The notes under the pieces are model-generated. The model made no database searches and was not told the origin of the DNA. It worked only from the letters and a program-made list of their open reading frames with translations. This document shows, piece by piece, positions 8,072 to 18,453 of a DNA stretch of 64,000 bases. The position numbers were made by a program, and so were the translations under genes. This DNA comes from Deferribacterales bacterium (GTDB lineage Bacteria; Chrysiogenota; Deferribacteres; Deferribacterales; Geovibrionaceae): positions 96,001 to 160,000 of the forward strand of contig JBFWJS010000007.1 in NCBI GenBank assembly GCA_050253075.1, given 5' to 3'. Position 1 is the first letter of the stretch. Every line of letters begins with the position of its first letter.

Positions 8072-10710
8072 AGCGCATTGCAATTACTCATAAAAACCCT
8101 GACTTCGATGCTGTTGCCAGTGCATACGGAGCATACCTCCTGCACGGTCTGGACGGCATAGTCACGGCGACATCATATGAGACAAGTGTTAAGGAATTTA
8201 TCACCACGGAGGATGTCAATCTTCCGCTGATACACCTGCGTGAAAAGGATCTGGAGTCTATCGACAGGCTCGAACTGCTCGTGATAACCGACTGCAAGCT
8301 GGAAAGCAGGCTCGAGCCCCTGAACACACTTATCAAAAAAGCAGACAAAATAATTATATATGATCATCACCCGTCCCATGGACAGGATATCGAAGGGGAT
8401 GAAAAGCACATAGAGGACATCGGCTCCTGTACGGCTATCATCGCACACCTTTTAAAAGATAATAATATCGATATATCTCCTATGGATGCAGGCATCCTCA
8501 TGGCGGGGATATACGAAGATACGGGGATGCTCACATTCACCAGCACATCAGTGAAGGATATGGAGGCCGCCGCATGGCTGCTTTCCAAAGGTGCAGACCT
8601 GCAGGTCATCAGCGACTATGTTAAGCGTGAGATGAGCCGTGACCACGTCTTTATCCTGAATGAACTGCTGACGAACATCTCTCTGGTGCGCATCGGTGCT
8701 ATCAGCATCGGCGTTTCCAGTGCATCCAGCGACCAATACATAGGCGAGATATCATACCTCGCCCATAAGATAATGGACATAGAGAGCCTCGACGCTCTTT
8801 TCATAATGGTGCGCACAGGAGACCGTGTGATAATGGTGGGGCGCAGCCGTGCCGACGAGGTGAATGCAGCGACAATAGCTTATCATTTCGGCGGAGGCGG
8901 ACACCCTACGGCGGCGAGTGCCGTTGTGAAAAATCAGACACTGCACGAAGCGATAGACAAGCTGAACCTTATACTCCATGAGGTAGTAAAACCTGTTAAG
9001 CTCGCTTCGGACATTATGAACTCTCCTGTGAAAACACTGAATGCCACCACGACATTCGGTCAGGCGATAGACATCTTTATGAAGCATAACCTGAACATGA
9101 TGCCCGTGGTAGACGGCAAAAAGCCCGTGGGGCTGGTCTCCAGAAGGGATATCCTGCAGGGGCTGAAACATAAGCTGAATAACGAGCCGATCAACAGCAT
9201 CATGCAGGTGGAATACGGTGCGGTCTCTCCGAATGCGCCATATTACGCCGTAGAGGAGCTGATGCTCGGGTCTAACCAGACAATGATAATAGTCGAGGAG
9301 GATGGCGAGCTGAAAGGTGTCGTCACCAGAACAGACCTCCTGCGCCTTATGCATGAAGAGATATCCAGAATGCCTAGATATAAAGACGGCAGACTGGTTA
9401 AAAACGAGATAAAGCGATTTAAAAATATATCGGCCGCTATGGCCAGCGTGATGCCCGAGCGTGTCGTCAACCTGCTGAATGACATAGGCGAGATGGCGGA
9501 CGAACAGAGGTTTAAATGCTACCTCGTGGGCGGTGTCGTGCGGGATATCCTCCTGCGCAAGACTAACGAAGACATTGATATCGTAGTGGAGGGGAGCGCC
9601 CCTACATTTGCGAAGATGTTTGCCGAAAAGCATAATGCAAGGGTTGCCGTACATGCAAAGTTTAAGACCGCCGTCGTGATATTCGACGATGGATTCAGAG
9701 TTGACTTTGCCACCAGCAGGACAGAATATTACAACTTCCCCGCTTCGGCTCCGACTGTGGAGGACGCCTCCATCAGAAACGACCTTTTCCGCAGGGATTT
9801 CAGCATAAACGCCATGGCTGTGAAGCTGAATAAAGGCGAATTCGGCACTTTGCTCGACTTCTTTGGAGGGCAGAGGGATATATCGGATAAAAAGATACGT
9901 GTGCTGCACTCGCTCAGCTTTGTGGACGACCCTTCGAGGGCTCTGCGTGCTATACGCTTTGCCGTGCGCTTCGATTTCAATATTGGTCCGCACACGGACA
10001 GGCTCTTCCGCCATGCGGTCAGCCTGAATCTGTTTGATAAGGTTATCGGGCCGAGGATGTTCCTCGAGCTGAAATATATACTGAGTGAGAAGAACTATCA
10101 AAAAGCTCTGGAGATGATGAAGAAGTACGACATGCTCCGCTTCTTTTCCAAAAAGATACAGATGGACGAGCGTAAGGACAACTTTTACGAGAGTCTGGAG
10201 CTCATCATAGACTGGCACTCATTTCAGTTTGACGAGGAATATGATGTCTATATCCCGCGCTTCATACTGCTCTTCTGGGAGCTGGAGAGGGACGACATCG
10301 ACGAACTGCTCGAGCGGTTTAAGCTGGATGACGGAAAGACTCAGGAGCTGATGCAGAGCTTCAAAGAGACAAAAGACGTGGTCAGCGGGATACTCCGCAG
10401 AAGCATCGATTGTCCGTCCTGCTTCACCAGCTATATGGACAGGCTGGGCATACCTTGTGCCGTTGCCGCTTCTGCCCTTGTGGGGGAGAAGTTCGAGGAC
10501 TATGTTAAAGATTATTTCACTGACTACAGGTTTGTAAAGGCAGATATAGACGGAAACGACCTGAAAAAAGCAGGTGTAAAACCTAATAATATATACTCTA
10601 AGATACTGTCCGTGTTGAAAAATGAGAAAATAGACGGGCAGTGCGTAGGAAAAGAGGCACAGATGAAGAGAGCTCTTGAGCTTGCGAAAGAGATGGTGAA
10701 AAATGGCTAA
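8068..10710 (+). CDS. DHH-CBS-tRNA nucleotidyltransferase (probably A-adding type)
   Basis: HKNPDFDA, DHH, DTG, GGGGHPTAASA, two CBS domains, VGGVVRD..DIDI, RRDFSINAMA, DDPSRALRA; ATG 8068 overlaps the xerD TGA. Confidence 0.88.
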   Translation: MKRIAITHKNPDFDAVASAYGAYLLHGLDGIVTATSYETSVKEFITTEDVNLPLIHLREKDLESIDRLELLVITDCKLESRLEPLNTLIKKADKIIIYDHHPSHGQDIEGDEKHIEDIGSCTAIIAHLLKDNNIDISPMDAGILMAGIYEDTGMLTFTSTSVKDMEAAAWLLSKGADLQVISDYVKREMSRDHVFILNELLTNISLVRIGAISIGVSSASSDQYIGEISYLAHKIMDIESLDALFIMVRTGDRVIMVGRSRADEVNAATIAYHFGGGGHPTAASAVVKNQTLHEAIDKLNLILHEVVKPVKLASDIMNSPVKTLNATTTFGQAIDIFMKHNLNMMPVVDGKKPVGLVSRRDILQGLKHKLNNEPINSIMQVEYGAVSPNAPYYAVEELMLGSNQTMIIVEEDGELKGVVTRTDLLRLMHEEISRMPRYKDGRLVKNEIKRFKNISAAMASVMPERVVNLLNDIGEMADEQRFKCYLVGGVVRDILLRKTNEDIDIVVEGSAPTFAKMFAEKHNARVAVHAKFKTAVVIFDDGFRVDFATSRTEYYNFPASAPTVEDASIRNDLFRRDFSINAMAVKLNKGEFGTLLDFFGGQRDISDKKIRVLHSLSFVDDPSRALRAIRFAVRFDFNIGPHTDRLFRHAVSLNLFDKVIGPRMFLELKYILSEKNYQKALEMMKKYDMLRFFSKKIQMDERKDNFYESLELIIDWHSFQFDEEYDVYIPRFILLFWELERDDIDELLERFKLDDGKTQELMQSFKETKDVVSGILRRSIDCPSCFTSYMDRLGIPCAVAASALVGEKFEDYVKDYFTDYRFVKADIDGNDLKKAGVKPNNIYSKILSVLKNEKIDGQCVGKEAQMKRALELAKEMVKNG

Positions 10711-11647
10711 AGAGACCATTGAGCTTTCACCGACCATCATTCCATCCATACTGGGCAACAAAGACGCCCATATCAGGATGGTGAACAATACTTTCAATGT
10801 TAAGACCAGTGTTTTCGGCGGACAGGTGACCATAGAGGGTGAGCCCGATGCCGTGGCGCAGGCTATAAAAGCCGTGCAGGATATGGCAAACATAGCATCC
10901 GATGCGAACCTCACAACGGAAAAGGTGACAGACATCATCCGCATGGCATCAGACAACACACCCGATGCCTGTGAAGTTATGGCCGACTGCATACAGGTCG
11001 GGGGCAGGGTAAAGAAGGTTTACCCGAAATCCGCCACACAGAAGGCATACGTCAGCGCAATACGTAAGCAGGACATGGTTTTCGGCATCGGTCCTGCGGG
11101 AACGGGTAAGACGTATCTGGCTATGGCTATGGCCGTGCATCACTTCATGCGTAAGAAATGCAGTAAGATAATCCTGACACGCCCCGCAGTGGAGGCAGGA
11201 GAGAACCTCGGCTTCCTCCCCGGTGATATAGCTGATAAGATCAATCCGTACCTCAGACCTCTCTATGATGCTCTTTACGGCATGATGGACTATGCGAGGG
11301 TGACTGCTCTGCTGGAACAGGGGGTTATAGAGGTCGCACCGCTGGCATTCATGCGGGGGCGCACCCTGAACGATGCATTTATCATACTGGACGAAGCACA
11401 GAACACCACAGAGGAGCAGATGAAGATGTTCCTCACCAGGATGGGCTTTCAGTCGAAGGTGGTCGTCACGGGGGACGTGACACAGATAGACCTGCCGACC
11501 AATAAGAACAGCGGACTTTTGCTGGTGCAGAAGATACTGAAAGATATAAACGGCATAGATTTTCTGCACTTTACGGATAAGGACGTCGTGAGGCATCCCC
11601 TTGTGCAGAAGATAGTGAAGGCATACGACAAGTATTACGGAGAGTAA
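10703..11647 (+). CDS. phoH: PhoH-family ATPase
   Basis: GPAGTGKT, RPAVEAGENLGFLPG, MRGRTL, LDEAQN. Confidence 0.95.
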   Translation: MAKETIELSPTIIPSILGNKDAHIRMVNNTFNVKTSVFGGQVTIEGEPDAVAQAIKAVQDMANIASDANLTTEKVTDIIRMASDNTPDACEVMADCIQVGGRVKKVYPKSATQKAYVSAIRKQDMVFGIGPAGTGKTYLAMAMAVHHFMRKKCSKIILTRPAVEAGENLGFLPGDIADKINPYLRPLYDALYGMMDYARVTALLEQGVIEVAPLAFMRGRTLNDAFIILDEAQNTTEEQMKMFLTRMGFQSKVVVTGDVTQIDLPTNKNSGLLLVQKILKDINGIDFLHFTDKDVVRHPLVQKIVKAYDKYYGE

Positions 11648-11648
11648 A

Positions 11649-12128
11649 ATGGATATAAACATTCTTATCACCGACGATACCGGATCATACGACAAAGAAC
11701 AGATGTTTGTGGACTGTGCGGAGATGACTTTTAAAGTGCTTGGAGAGACATTCGGAGAGGATTCAAAGGTAGGCTTTGACGATTGCGAGATATCGCTCCT
11801 TCTGACAGACGATGCACGCATCCATGAGCTGAATAAGGAATACAGGGAAAAGGACAAGCCGACGGACGTGCTCTCTTTCCCTATGGCGGAAGATCCCTTC
11901 GAAGAGGGCGGTATGCTCGGGGATATCGTAATATCTGTCGAAACAGCTAAAGAACAGGCGAAAGACGCCGATATCACACTCGACAGAGAGGTGTCTTTCC
12001 TATTCATCCACGGTCTGCTGCACCTCATGGGATTAGACCACGAGACAAGCACCGAGGACGAGGAAGAGATGTTCGACCTTCAGGAGAATATATTACGAAA
12101 TCTTCTCGAAATAGGTAAAGTGCCTTGA
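11649..12128 (+). CDS. ybeY: rRNA maturation endoribonuclease YbeY
   Basis: LNKEYREKDKPTDVLSF, HGLLHLMGLDH. Confidence 0.95.
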   Translation: MDINILITDDTGSYDKEQMFVDCAEMTFKVLGETFGEDSKVGFDDCEISLLLTDDARIHELNKEYREKDKPTDVLSFPMAEDPFEEGGMLGDIVISVETAKEQAKDADITLDREVSFLFIHGLLHLMGLDHETSTEDEEEMFDLQENILRNLLEIGKVP

Positions 12129-12272
12129 TATTGTCTTTTCAGTATGATAAACAAACTATATGCGATAAATATCGAAATCGTCTGATTTCGAAATCTTCTT
12201 AAATGGCAGGTATATACTAAACAAAATGGACTCGGGCAGTTCGTGTTATTTTAACTATCTGGTGCAGCTCTG

Positions 12273-13577
12273 ATGAATGAAACTCTCACTCTAGAGCTGA
12301 TGGCAATTGGTGCCTGTGTTATCCTTTCAGGATTCTTTTCAGGGAGCGAGACAGCGCTCACATCTCTTGGCGAATTGAAAATCAGGCACATGATCGAAGA
12401 AAACAAAAAGGCAAAGCCTCTTCAGCTTTGGCTTGAACACCCTAATAAGGTTCTTAACACCATCCTTATCGGAAACAACATAGTAAACATTCTCGGCTCT
12501 GTCCTTGCGACAGATTTTGCTGCGAGGCTTTTCGGCGATTCTAAGATAGCCGCCGTTACAGGTATCATGACGCTCTTGGTGCTCTTCTTCGGAGAGATCA
12601 CGCCTAAGACCTTCGCAAAGCATAATGCCGCTACTATAGCTCCGTATGTCATCCGCATACTGAAACTTCCGTATTTCTTCTTTTACCCTTTCTCTTTCGG
12701 TATAAACAAGCTGGTAAAGGCGATGATTGTCATCTCCGGCGGTAAACTGGATAAGAACAAAAGTAGAATCACGGAAGACGAGCTCGAATTTTACATATCT
12801 GAAAGTGAAAAAGAGGGGATCATCGAAAACGGAAAGAGCCGTATGCTTCAGAATATCTTCGACATAAGCGAGATATACGTGAAGGAAGTCATGGTTCCCC
12901 GTACGGATATGGTGGCAATAGACATCACAGACCCTCTGGAAAGCTATATAGACAAGATACTTGCGTCTGAATTTTCTCGTATTCCGGTATACGAAGATAC
13001 GGTGGATAAGATCGTCGGTATCCTTTATGTAAAAGACCTTCTCAGGTTTGTAAATAAGGACAGCGTGACCTTCGACATCAAAAAGGTACTCCGAAAAGCC
13101 TATTTTATCCCTGAGACAAAAAAGATAGATTCCCTCCTCGGTGAATTTCAGAAAAACAGAAACCACATGGCCATCGTAATAGACGAATACGGCGGTGTGG
13201 ACGGACTTGTAACACTCGAAGACATCCTCGAAGAGATCGTGGGCGAGATATGGGACGAGTACGACACAGAGGAAGAGGAAGTGACAGAGATAGCCGACGA
13301 CACATTCATTGTGGATGTGCGTATGGACATAGACGACTTCTGCGAGAAATTCGAGCTGGAGAAAACAGGCGAGATGCAGGAGTATGAGACCGTCGGCGGG
13401 CTTGTCTTCGACATTGCGGAGAAGATACCCGAGGTCGGCGAAAAGTATGAATATGAGAATTATCAGTTCAAAATACTAAACAAACACGAAAGAAGGCTTG
13501 ACAAGGTCGAGCTAAGAAGGCTAGAGAATGAGCCTGACACATTACAGGAGAACTCTGGCGACGATGAAAAAATTTAA
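12273..13577 (+). CDS. HlyC/CorC (CNNM-CBS-CorC) family transporter
   Basis: FFSGSETAL, GEITPK, VMVPR, FSRIPVY, DEYGG, LEDILEEIVGEI. Confidence 0.92.
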   Translation: MNETLTLELMAIGACVILSGFFSGSETALTSLGELKIRHMIEENKKAKPLQLWLEHPNKVLNTILIGNNIVNILGSVLATDFAARLFGDSKIAAVTGIMTLLVLFFGEITPKTFAKHNAATIAPYVIRILKLPYFFFYPFSFGINKLVKAMIVISGGKLDKNKSRITEDELEFYISESEKEGIIENGKSRMLQNIFDISEIYVKEVMVPRTDMVAIDITDPLESYIDKILASEFSRIPVYEDTVDKIVGILYVKDLLRFVNKDSVTFDIKKVLRKAYFIPETKKIDSLLGEFQKNRNHMAIVIDEYGGVDGLVTLEDILEEIVGEIWDEYDTEEEEVTEIADDTFIVDVRMDIDDFCEKFELEKTGEMQEYETVGGLVFDIAEKIPEVGEKYEYENYQFKILNKHERRLDKVELRRLENEPDTLQENSGDDEKI

Positions 13578-14451
13578 AACCGGCTTTGTAACAATAATGG
13601 GCAGACCAAATGTTGGTAAGTCCACACTTCTGAATGCTCTGATGGGGGAGAAGATTGCTATCACCTCATCAAAGCCCCAGACAACCCGTGCTAATATTCA
13701 GGGTATTCTGACAGGCGAGGACTTTCAGCTTGTCTTCATAGACACACCCGGATATCACAAGGCGAAAGACAGCATAAACAAGATGATGGTGCAGCAGGCA
13801 AAGGACGCTCTGGAGGCTGTGGATGCCGTTTATCTTCTCGTTCAGCCGGACGAATATATGGGGCCCGAGCTTACGGGCTTAGTTAAAGTGCTGGAAAAAG
13901 TTGACTGTGTTAAATTCCTTATAATAAACAAAGTAGACAACTTTAAAAAAGAGCTGGTGTACGAGATGGCGAACAAGATGTTTCCCATGCTGGAGTTCAA
14001 ACACGTACTCCCCGTATCTGCTCTGAAGGGTACAAATGTCGACACTCTTTTAAAGCTGACACTGGAAGAAATGGAAGAGGGCGAGCCTATTTTCCCCGAG
14101 GATGAGATCACCACTCAGCCTGAGAAAATGCTTGTTTCTGAATTTATCCGTGAGCAGGTTTTCAGACAGCTTTCAGACGAGATTCCATATCAAATAATTG
14201 TAGAAACGGAAAAAATAGAAGACAGAAGCGATGAATTAATGTATATTGCAGCATCCATCATCGTTAACCGCGACTCTCAAAAAGGGGTCGTGATAGGCAA
14301 GGGCGGTCAGAGGCTGAAAGAGATCAGCACGGCTGCAAGGGTCTCGTTGTCTAACTTTTTCGGGGTCAATATTTATCTTGAGCTCTTTGTAAAAGTAAAA
14401 ACGGGATGGCAGACAAAGGATGAATACCTTAAGATGCAGGGGCTCTATTAG
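13564..14451 (+). CDS. era: GTPase Era
   Basis: GRPNVGKST, DTPG, NKVD, KH-domain VIGKGG; start at ATG 13564. Confidence 0.96.
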   Translation: MKKFKTGFVTIMGRPNVGKSTLLNALMGEKIAITSSKPQTTRANIQGILTGEDFQLVFIDTPGYHKAKDSINKMMVQQAKDALEAVDAVYLLVQPDEYMGPELTGLVKVLEKVDCVKFLIINKVDNFKKELVYEMANKMFPMLEFKHVLPVSALKGTNVDTLLKLTLEEMEEGEPIFPEDEITTQPEKMLVSEFIREQVFRQLSDEIPYQIIVETEKIEDRSDELMYIAASIIVNRDSQKGVVIGKGGQRLKEISTAARVSLSNFFGVNIYLELFVKVKTGWQTKDEYLKMQGLY

Positions 14452-14481
14452 ATAAAAATTTAGTTTTATAAAAGGTTTATT

Positions 14482-15840
14482 ATGCTTACACAATCACTCA
14501 GAGTAAAGCTGGAAACAGTCCGAAAGCTGATCAGACGTAACGCCAGACACCCTCTGGAGAACCTTTTATCAAAACTTCACCCTGCAGATATTGCCTCTAT
14601 TTATAAGAATCTTACCGAGCTGGAAAGGGAAAAGATATGGAACTATATCTCTGACCAGTCAATAATCGCTTCCGCTATCCTTGAGCTGGAAGACGCAGAT
14701 ATTATAAAATTCTTCGAAAACCGACCGATAAAAGAGATTGCGCCGATCATTGACGAGATGGAGTCTGACGACGCCGCCGAGATCGTGCGTATGCTCCCAG
14801 ACGACGTTACTGGCGAGCTCCTTAAGATGATGGGCAAGGACGAGATGAGCGAGGTGGAAACCCTGCTGACATACGCAGAGGACACCGCCGGTGCCATCAT
14901 GAACACCAGCTTCTTCGCACTGCACGAAGACATGACGGTGAAGGAAGCCACGAAGACTCTGCATCAGGCAGAGGATGTGGAGATGGTTTTCTATCTTTAC
15001 GTTGTCGATGCCGAAGGGAAGCTCTCGGGCGTTATATCCCTGAGACAGCTTATACTGAATACACCTGATAAAAAGCTCTCGGACATCATGTCCAGAGAGG
15101 TTATAAAAGTTCATACAGATGTCGACCAGGAAGACGTCGCAAAGATGGTTGAAAGATACGACCTGCTTGCGCTCCCCGTTGTGGATGAGAATTACAAGCT
15201 CGTGGGTATCATCACCGTTGACGACGTTATCGACATTATCCGAGAGGAAGCCACAGAGGATATCTACCGCATGGCGGGTACCAGTGACGACGAGCTCCTT
15301 TTTGGACATAATTCTATCAAAGTAGCCAAGGTGCGCTTGCCGTGGCTGTTTATCACATTCCTCGGTTCTATATGCTCCAGCTTTGTTGTGGCATTCTTTC
15401 AAGGTAAAGTTACGGAGTTTGCGCTCCTTGTGCCTTTCATGCCTGTAATCATGGCTATGGCGGGTAACGTCGGGTCTCAGTCTGCGACAATACTCATCCG
15501 TGGATTCGCCCTCGGAAAGATAGCCCACAGCGAGATAGTCTCCTTCACTCTGAAAGAGATACGGGTGGGGATGATAATAGGCGTTGCCTGCGGGATACTC
15601 CTTTCCATAGTCAGTTACCTCATAGACGGCAATTTTGTCCTCGGGATAGCTGTCGGAACGTCTATGCTGTGCTCACTTACCATTGCAGCTTTCACGGGTA
15701 CATTTGTGCCTGCCACACTTATAAAGATGAACTTTGACCCTGCTGTTGCTTCCAGCCCTTTCATCTCCATGCTGAACGACATTCTGGGTCTCGCCATATA
15801 CTTCGGCACTGCCATACTCTTTTTCAGTTACTTAGGATGA
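14482..15840 (+). CDS. mgtE: Magnesium transporter MgtE
   Basis: LHPADIA, CBS pair, RLPWL, AGNVGSQ, DPAVASSPF. Confidence 0.95.
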   Translation: MLTQSLRVKLETVRKLIRRNARHPLENLLSKLHPADIASIYKNLTELEREKIWNYISDQSIIASAILELEDADIIKFFENRPIKEIAPIIDEMESDDAAEIVRMLPDDVTGELLKMMGKDEMSEVETLLTYAEDTAGAIMNTSFFALHEDMTVKEATKTLHQAEDVEMVFYLYVVDAEGKLSGVISLRQLILNTPDKKLSDIMSREVIKVHTDVDQEDVAKMVERYDLLALPVVDENYKLVGIITVDDVIDIIREEATEDIYRMAGTSDDELLFGHNSIKVAKVRLPWLFITFLGSICSSFVVAFFQGKVTEFALLVPFMPVIMAMAGNVGSQSATILIRGFALGKIAHSEIVSFTLKEIRVGMIIGVACGILLSIVSYLIDGNFVLGIAVGTSMLCSLTIAAFTGTFVPATLIKMNFDPAVASSPFISMLNDILGLAIYFGTAILFFSYLG

Positions 15841-16538
15841 GCAGAGAAAAGACCGAAGCCATTATCTACAAACTCGTACGTTACTCTGACAGCTCTGCCA
15901 TAGCTTTCGCCTTTACTAAGGATTTCGGACGTCTGAAGATGTTCGTGCCGAAGGCATACACGAAAAAGGGCGGGTTGATGTGCATGATGCCGGGGATGCT
16001 CGACTTTGGCAAAAAGCCCACAGACCTTTCAAAGTTTTATTCTCTGGAACACGATGCTGCCTATTATCACTATCTGAATAATCACGAGATAGTCATGCGT
16101 CTGCACCTTGTTTTCGAGATACTAGACGGTCTTTATGAACCCGAACTCCCCGACGTTAAGCTCTTTGAACTCCTTTTAAAATACGACAACGAAAACTTCC
16201 GAAAGATAACCCCGTATATAATATATTTCATCCTGAAACGTTCGGGGGTAATGTTTGACCTTTCCAGATGCCATAACTGCGGAACAGAGGAGGATGTCTT
16301 CTGTGTTTCGGGTAACGGGCTGACATGTGCCGTATGCTCGGAGCAGGCGGGGATAGACAGCTTCTGTGATAAAGAGTCTGCGTATATCGTCAAATCCATG
16401 GGTAACAGCGCACTCTACCGCAATGTAACGGTGAACCGTAAACAGGAGCTTCAGATACTGAAAGCTCTGGGTGAATACTGCGGAAATGTTATGGAAAAAC
16501 CGCTGAAAAGTATCAAGACTGTTCTCGATATCATTTAA
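15837..16538 (+). CDS. recO: DNA repair protein RecO
   Basis: N-terminal OB-like YSDSSAI..FTKDFG, CxxC...CxxC, conserved era-recO context. Confidence 0.75.
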   Translation: MSREKTEAIIYKLVRYSDSSAIAFAFTKDFGRLKMFVPKAYTKKGGLMCMMPGMLDFGKKPTDLSKFYSLEHDAAYYHYLNNHEIVMRLHLVFEILDGLYEPELPDVKLFELLLKYDNENFRKITPYIIYFILKRSGVMFDLSRCHNCGTEEDVFCVSGNGLTCAVCSEQAGIDSFCDKESAYIVKSMGNSALYRNVTVNRKQELQILKALGEYCGNVMEKPLKSIKTVLDII

Positions 16539-16629
16539 AAACTAAATATCCGTTATTTCCTTTACATTCAAGGCACTTTTGCTTAAACTTGAAAAATATT
16601 TCACAAACAAGACTTAATACGAGGGTGTC

Positions 16630-17628
16630 ATGGAAAAAGGCGTAACAAACCTGAATAGATTTTTGTTAGAGGAACAGAGAAATTATCCCGAGGCCACAGG
16701 CGGCTTCACTATTCTCCTTGAATCAATAGCATTCGCATCAAAGATTATCAGCAAACAAGTGAATAAAGCGGGCATCGTAAACATCATCGGCAGAGCGGAC
16801 TCTACGAACGTTCACGGCGAAGACCAGCAGAAGCTCGACATATTCGCAGATACACAGATGATAAAGGCGCTCGACCACCTCGGAAAGCTGTGTGCAATGG
16901 CTTCCGAAGAGAACGACGACCCTATCATGATACCTGAGAGATACCCAAAGGGTAAATACCTCATAGCTTTCGACCCGCTCGACGGCTCCAGCAACATCGA
17001 CGTAAACATAAGCATCGGTACTATCTTCGGCATTTACAAGCGTAAAGACGGAGAGACAGGCGACGCTTGCTGTAAGGAATTCTTTCAGCCCGGTCGTGAT
17101 ATGGTCGCTGCAGGATACGTCATCTACGGCTCGTCCACGATGATGGTTTATTCCTCGGGCAAAGGCGTACACGGCTTTACACTCGACCCTTCCATAGGCG
17201 AATACATCCTCAGTCACCCGAACATAAAGTTCCCCGACTTTGGAAAGATATACAGCATAAACGAAGTGAACTATAACAGATGGGACGACGCTACCAGAAA
17301 CTTTGTAAACCATCTGAAAGAGCACCCTGACAGAGAATACACATCAAGATACATCGGCTCTCTCGTAGCCGACTTCCACAGAAACCTGCTGAAAGGCGGC
17401 GTCTTCGCTTACCCCGGGGATACTAAGAACCCTAGAGGAAAGCTGAGACTGCTCTATGAGTGTGCCCCTCTTGCTTTCATAGCAGAGCAGGCAGGCGGTA
17501 TGGCTGTGAACGACGAGATGAACATACTCGACATCGTGCCGACAGACCTCCACCAGAAAGAGCCTTTCTACATCGGTTCTAAATACGAAGTTGAAGCATA
17601 CCTGAAGGCTAAGCGCGGAGAGCTTTAA
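16630..17628 (+). CDS. fbp: Fructose-1,6-bisphosphatase class 1
   Basis: DPLDGSSNID, SRYIGSLVAD, GKLRLLYE. Confidence 0.97.
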   Translation: MEKGVTNLNRFLLEEQRNYPEATGGFTILLESIAFASKIISKQVNKAGIVNIIGRADSTNVHGEDQQKLDIFADTQMIKALDHLGKLCAMASEENDDPIMIPERYPKGKYLIAFDPLDGSSNIDVNISIGTIFGIYKRKDGETGDACCKEFFQPGRDMVAAGYVIYGSSTMMVYSSGKGVHGFTLDPSIGEYILSHPNIKFPDFGKIYSINEVNYNRWDDATRNFVNHLKEHPDREYTSRYIGSLVADFHRNLLKGGVFAYPGDTKNPRGKLRLLYECAPLAFIAEQAGGMAVNDEMNILDIVPTDLHQKEPFYIGSKYEVEAYLKAKRGEL

Positions 17629-17630
17629 AC

Positions 17631-18452
17631 TTGCTGATTGGTTCACATCAATCGATATCAAAATCTATAGATCTGAGTATACAGAGGGCACTTGCAGACG
17701 GCTGTGAGTGCCTTCAGATTTTTGTAAAGAACAACAACAGATGGATAGGCAAAGAGCTCTCGGAAGCAGAGGCAGAGAAGTTCCGCTCGGAACTGGCTTT
17801 GTCGGGACTGAAAGTTTGCGCCCATTCATGCTATCTGATAAACCTCGCATCATTCAAAGATGACACATACCAGAAATCTCTCACATGTATAAGGGACGAG
17901 CTGTCACGCTGCGACAGGCTCGGCGTGCCTTCGTATGTGATACACCCGGGCTCCCACGTGGGCGAGGGCGAGCAGGCGGGGATAAAGCGCATAGCCGAGA
18001 GTCTGGACAGGATATACGACGAAGGCTATGAGTGCATGACGCTTCTGGAAATGGTCGCCGGCATGGGTACAAACATTGGCTACAGCATAGAAAATATGCT
18101 TGATATAATTAAGTACTCAAACCATAAGGAAAAGCTGGGGATATGCCTTGATTCCTGCCATATATTTGCCGCAGGATATGATGTGAAAGATGATTATGAC
18201 AAAGTATTTAACGATCTGTTCGACGCATTCGGGGATAAGATAAAGGTGTTCCACCTGAACGACAGCTTAAAACCTTTGGGGAGCAGACGTGACAGACATG
18301 CTAAAATAGGTGAGGGTGAGATAGGCGGGGAGTTTTTTAAAAAAGTCGTGAACGACGACAGATTTAATGATATCCTCGGCATATTGGAGACACCCGTTGA
18401 AGAGAATTATTCGGACGAGATAAAACTGCTGAAAAGCTATAGGGAGAAATAA
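17631..18452 (+). CDS. nfo: Endonuclease IV
   Basis: HSCYLINL, HPGS, CLDSCH, HLNDS, DRHA..GEG, LETP. Confidence 0.95.
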   Translation: MLIGSHQSISKSIDLSIQRALADGCECLQIFVKNNNRWIGKELSEAEAEKFRSELALSGLKVCAHSCYLINLASFKDDTYQKSLTCIRDELSRCDRLGVPSYVIHPGSHVGEGEQAGIKRIAESLDRIYDEGYECMTLLEMVAGMGTNIGYSIENMLDIIKYSNHKEKLGICLDSCHIFAAGYDVKDDYDKVFNDLFDAFGDKIKVFHLNDSLKPLGSRRDRHAKIGEGEIGGEFFKKVVNDDRFNDILGILETPVEENYSDEIKLLKSYREK

Positions 18453-18453
18453 G

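Noticed and set aside
8752..10218. 488-aa antisense ORF and similar ones (5480-6424, 10949-12052, 14659-15528, 26497-27417, 52055-52945)
   Set aside because: Shadows of well-supported opposite-strand genes with no recognisable motifs.
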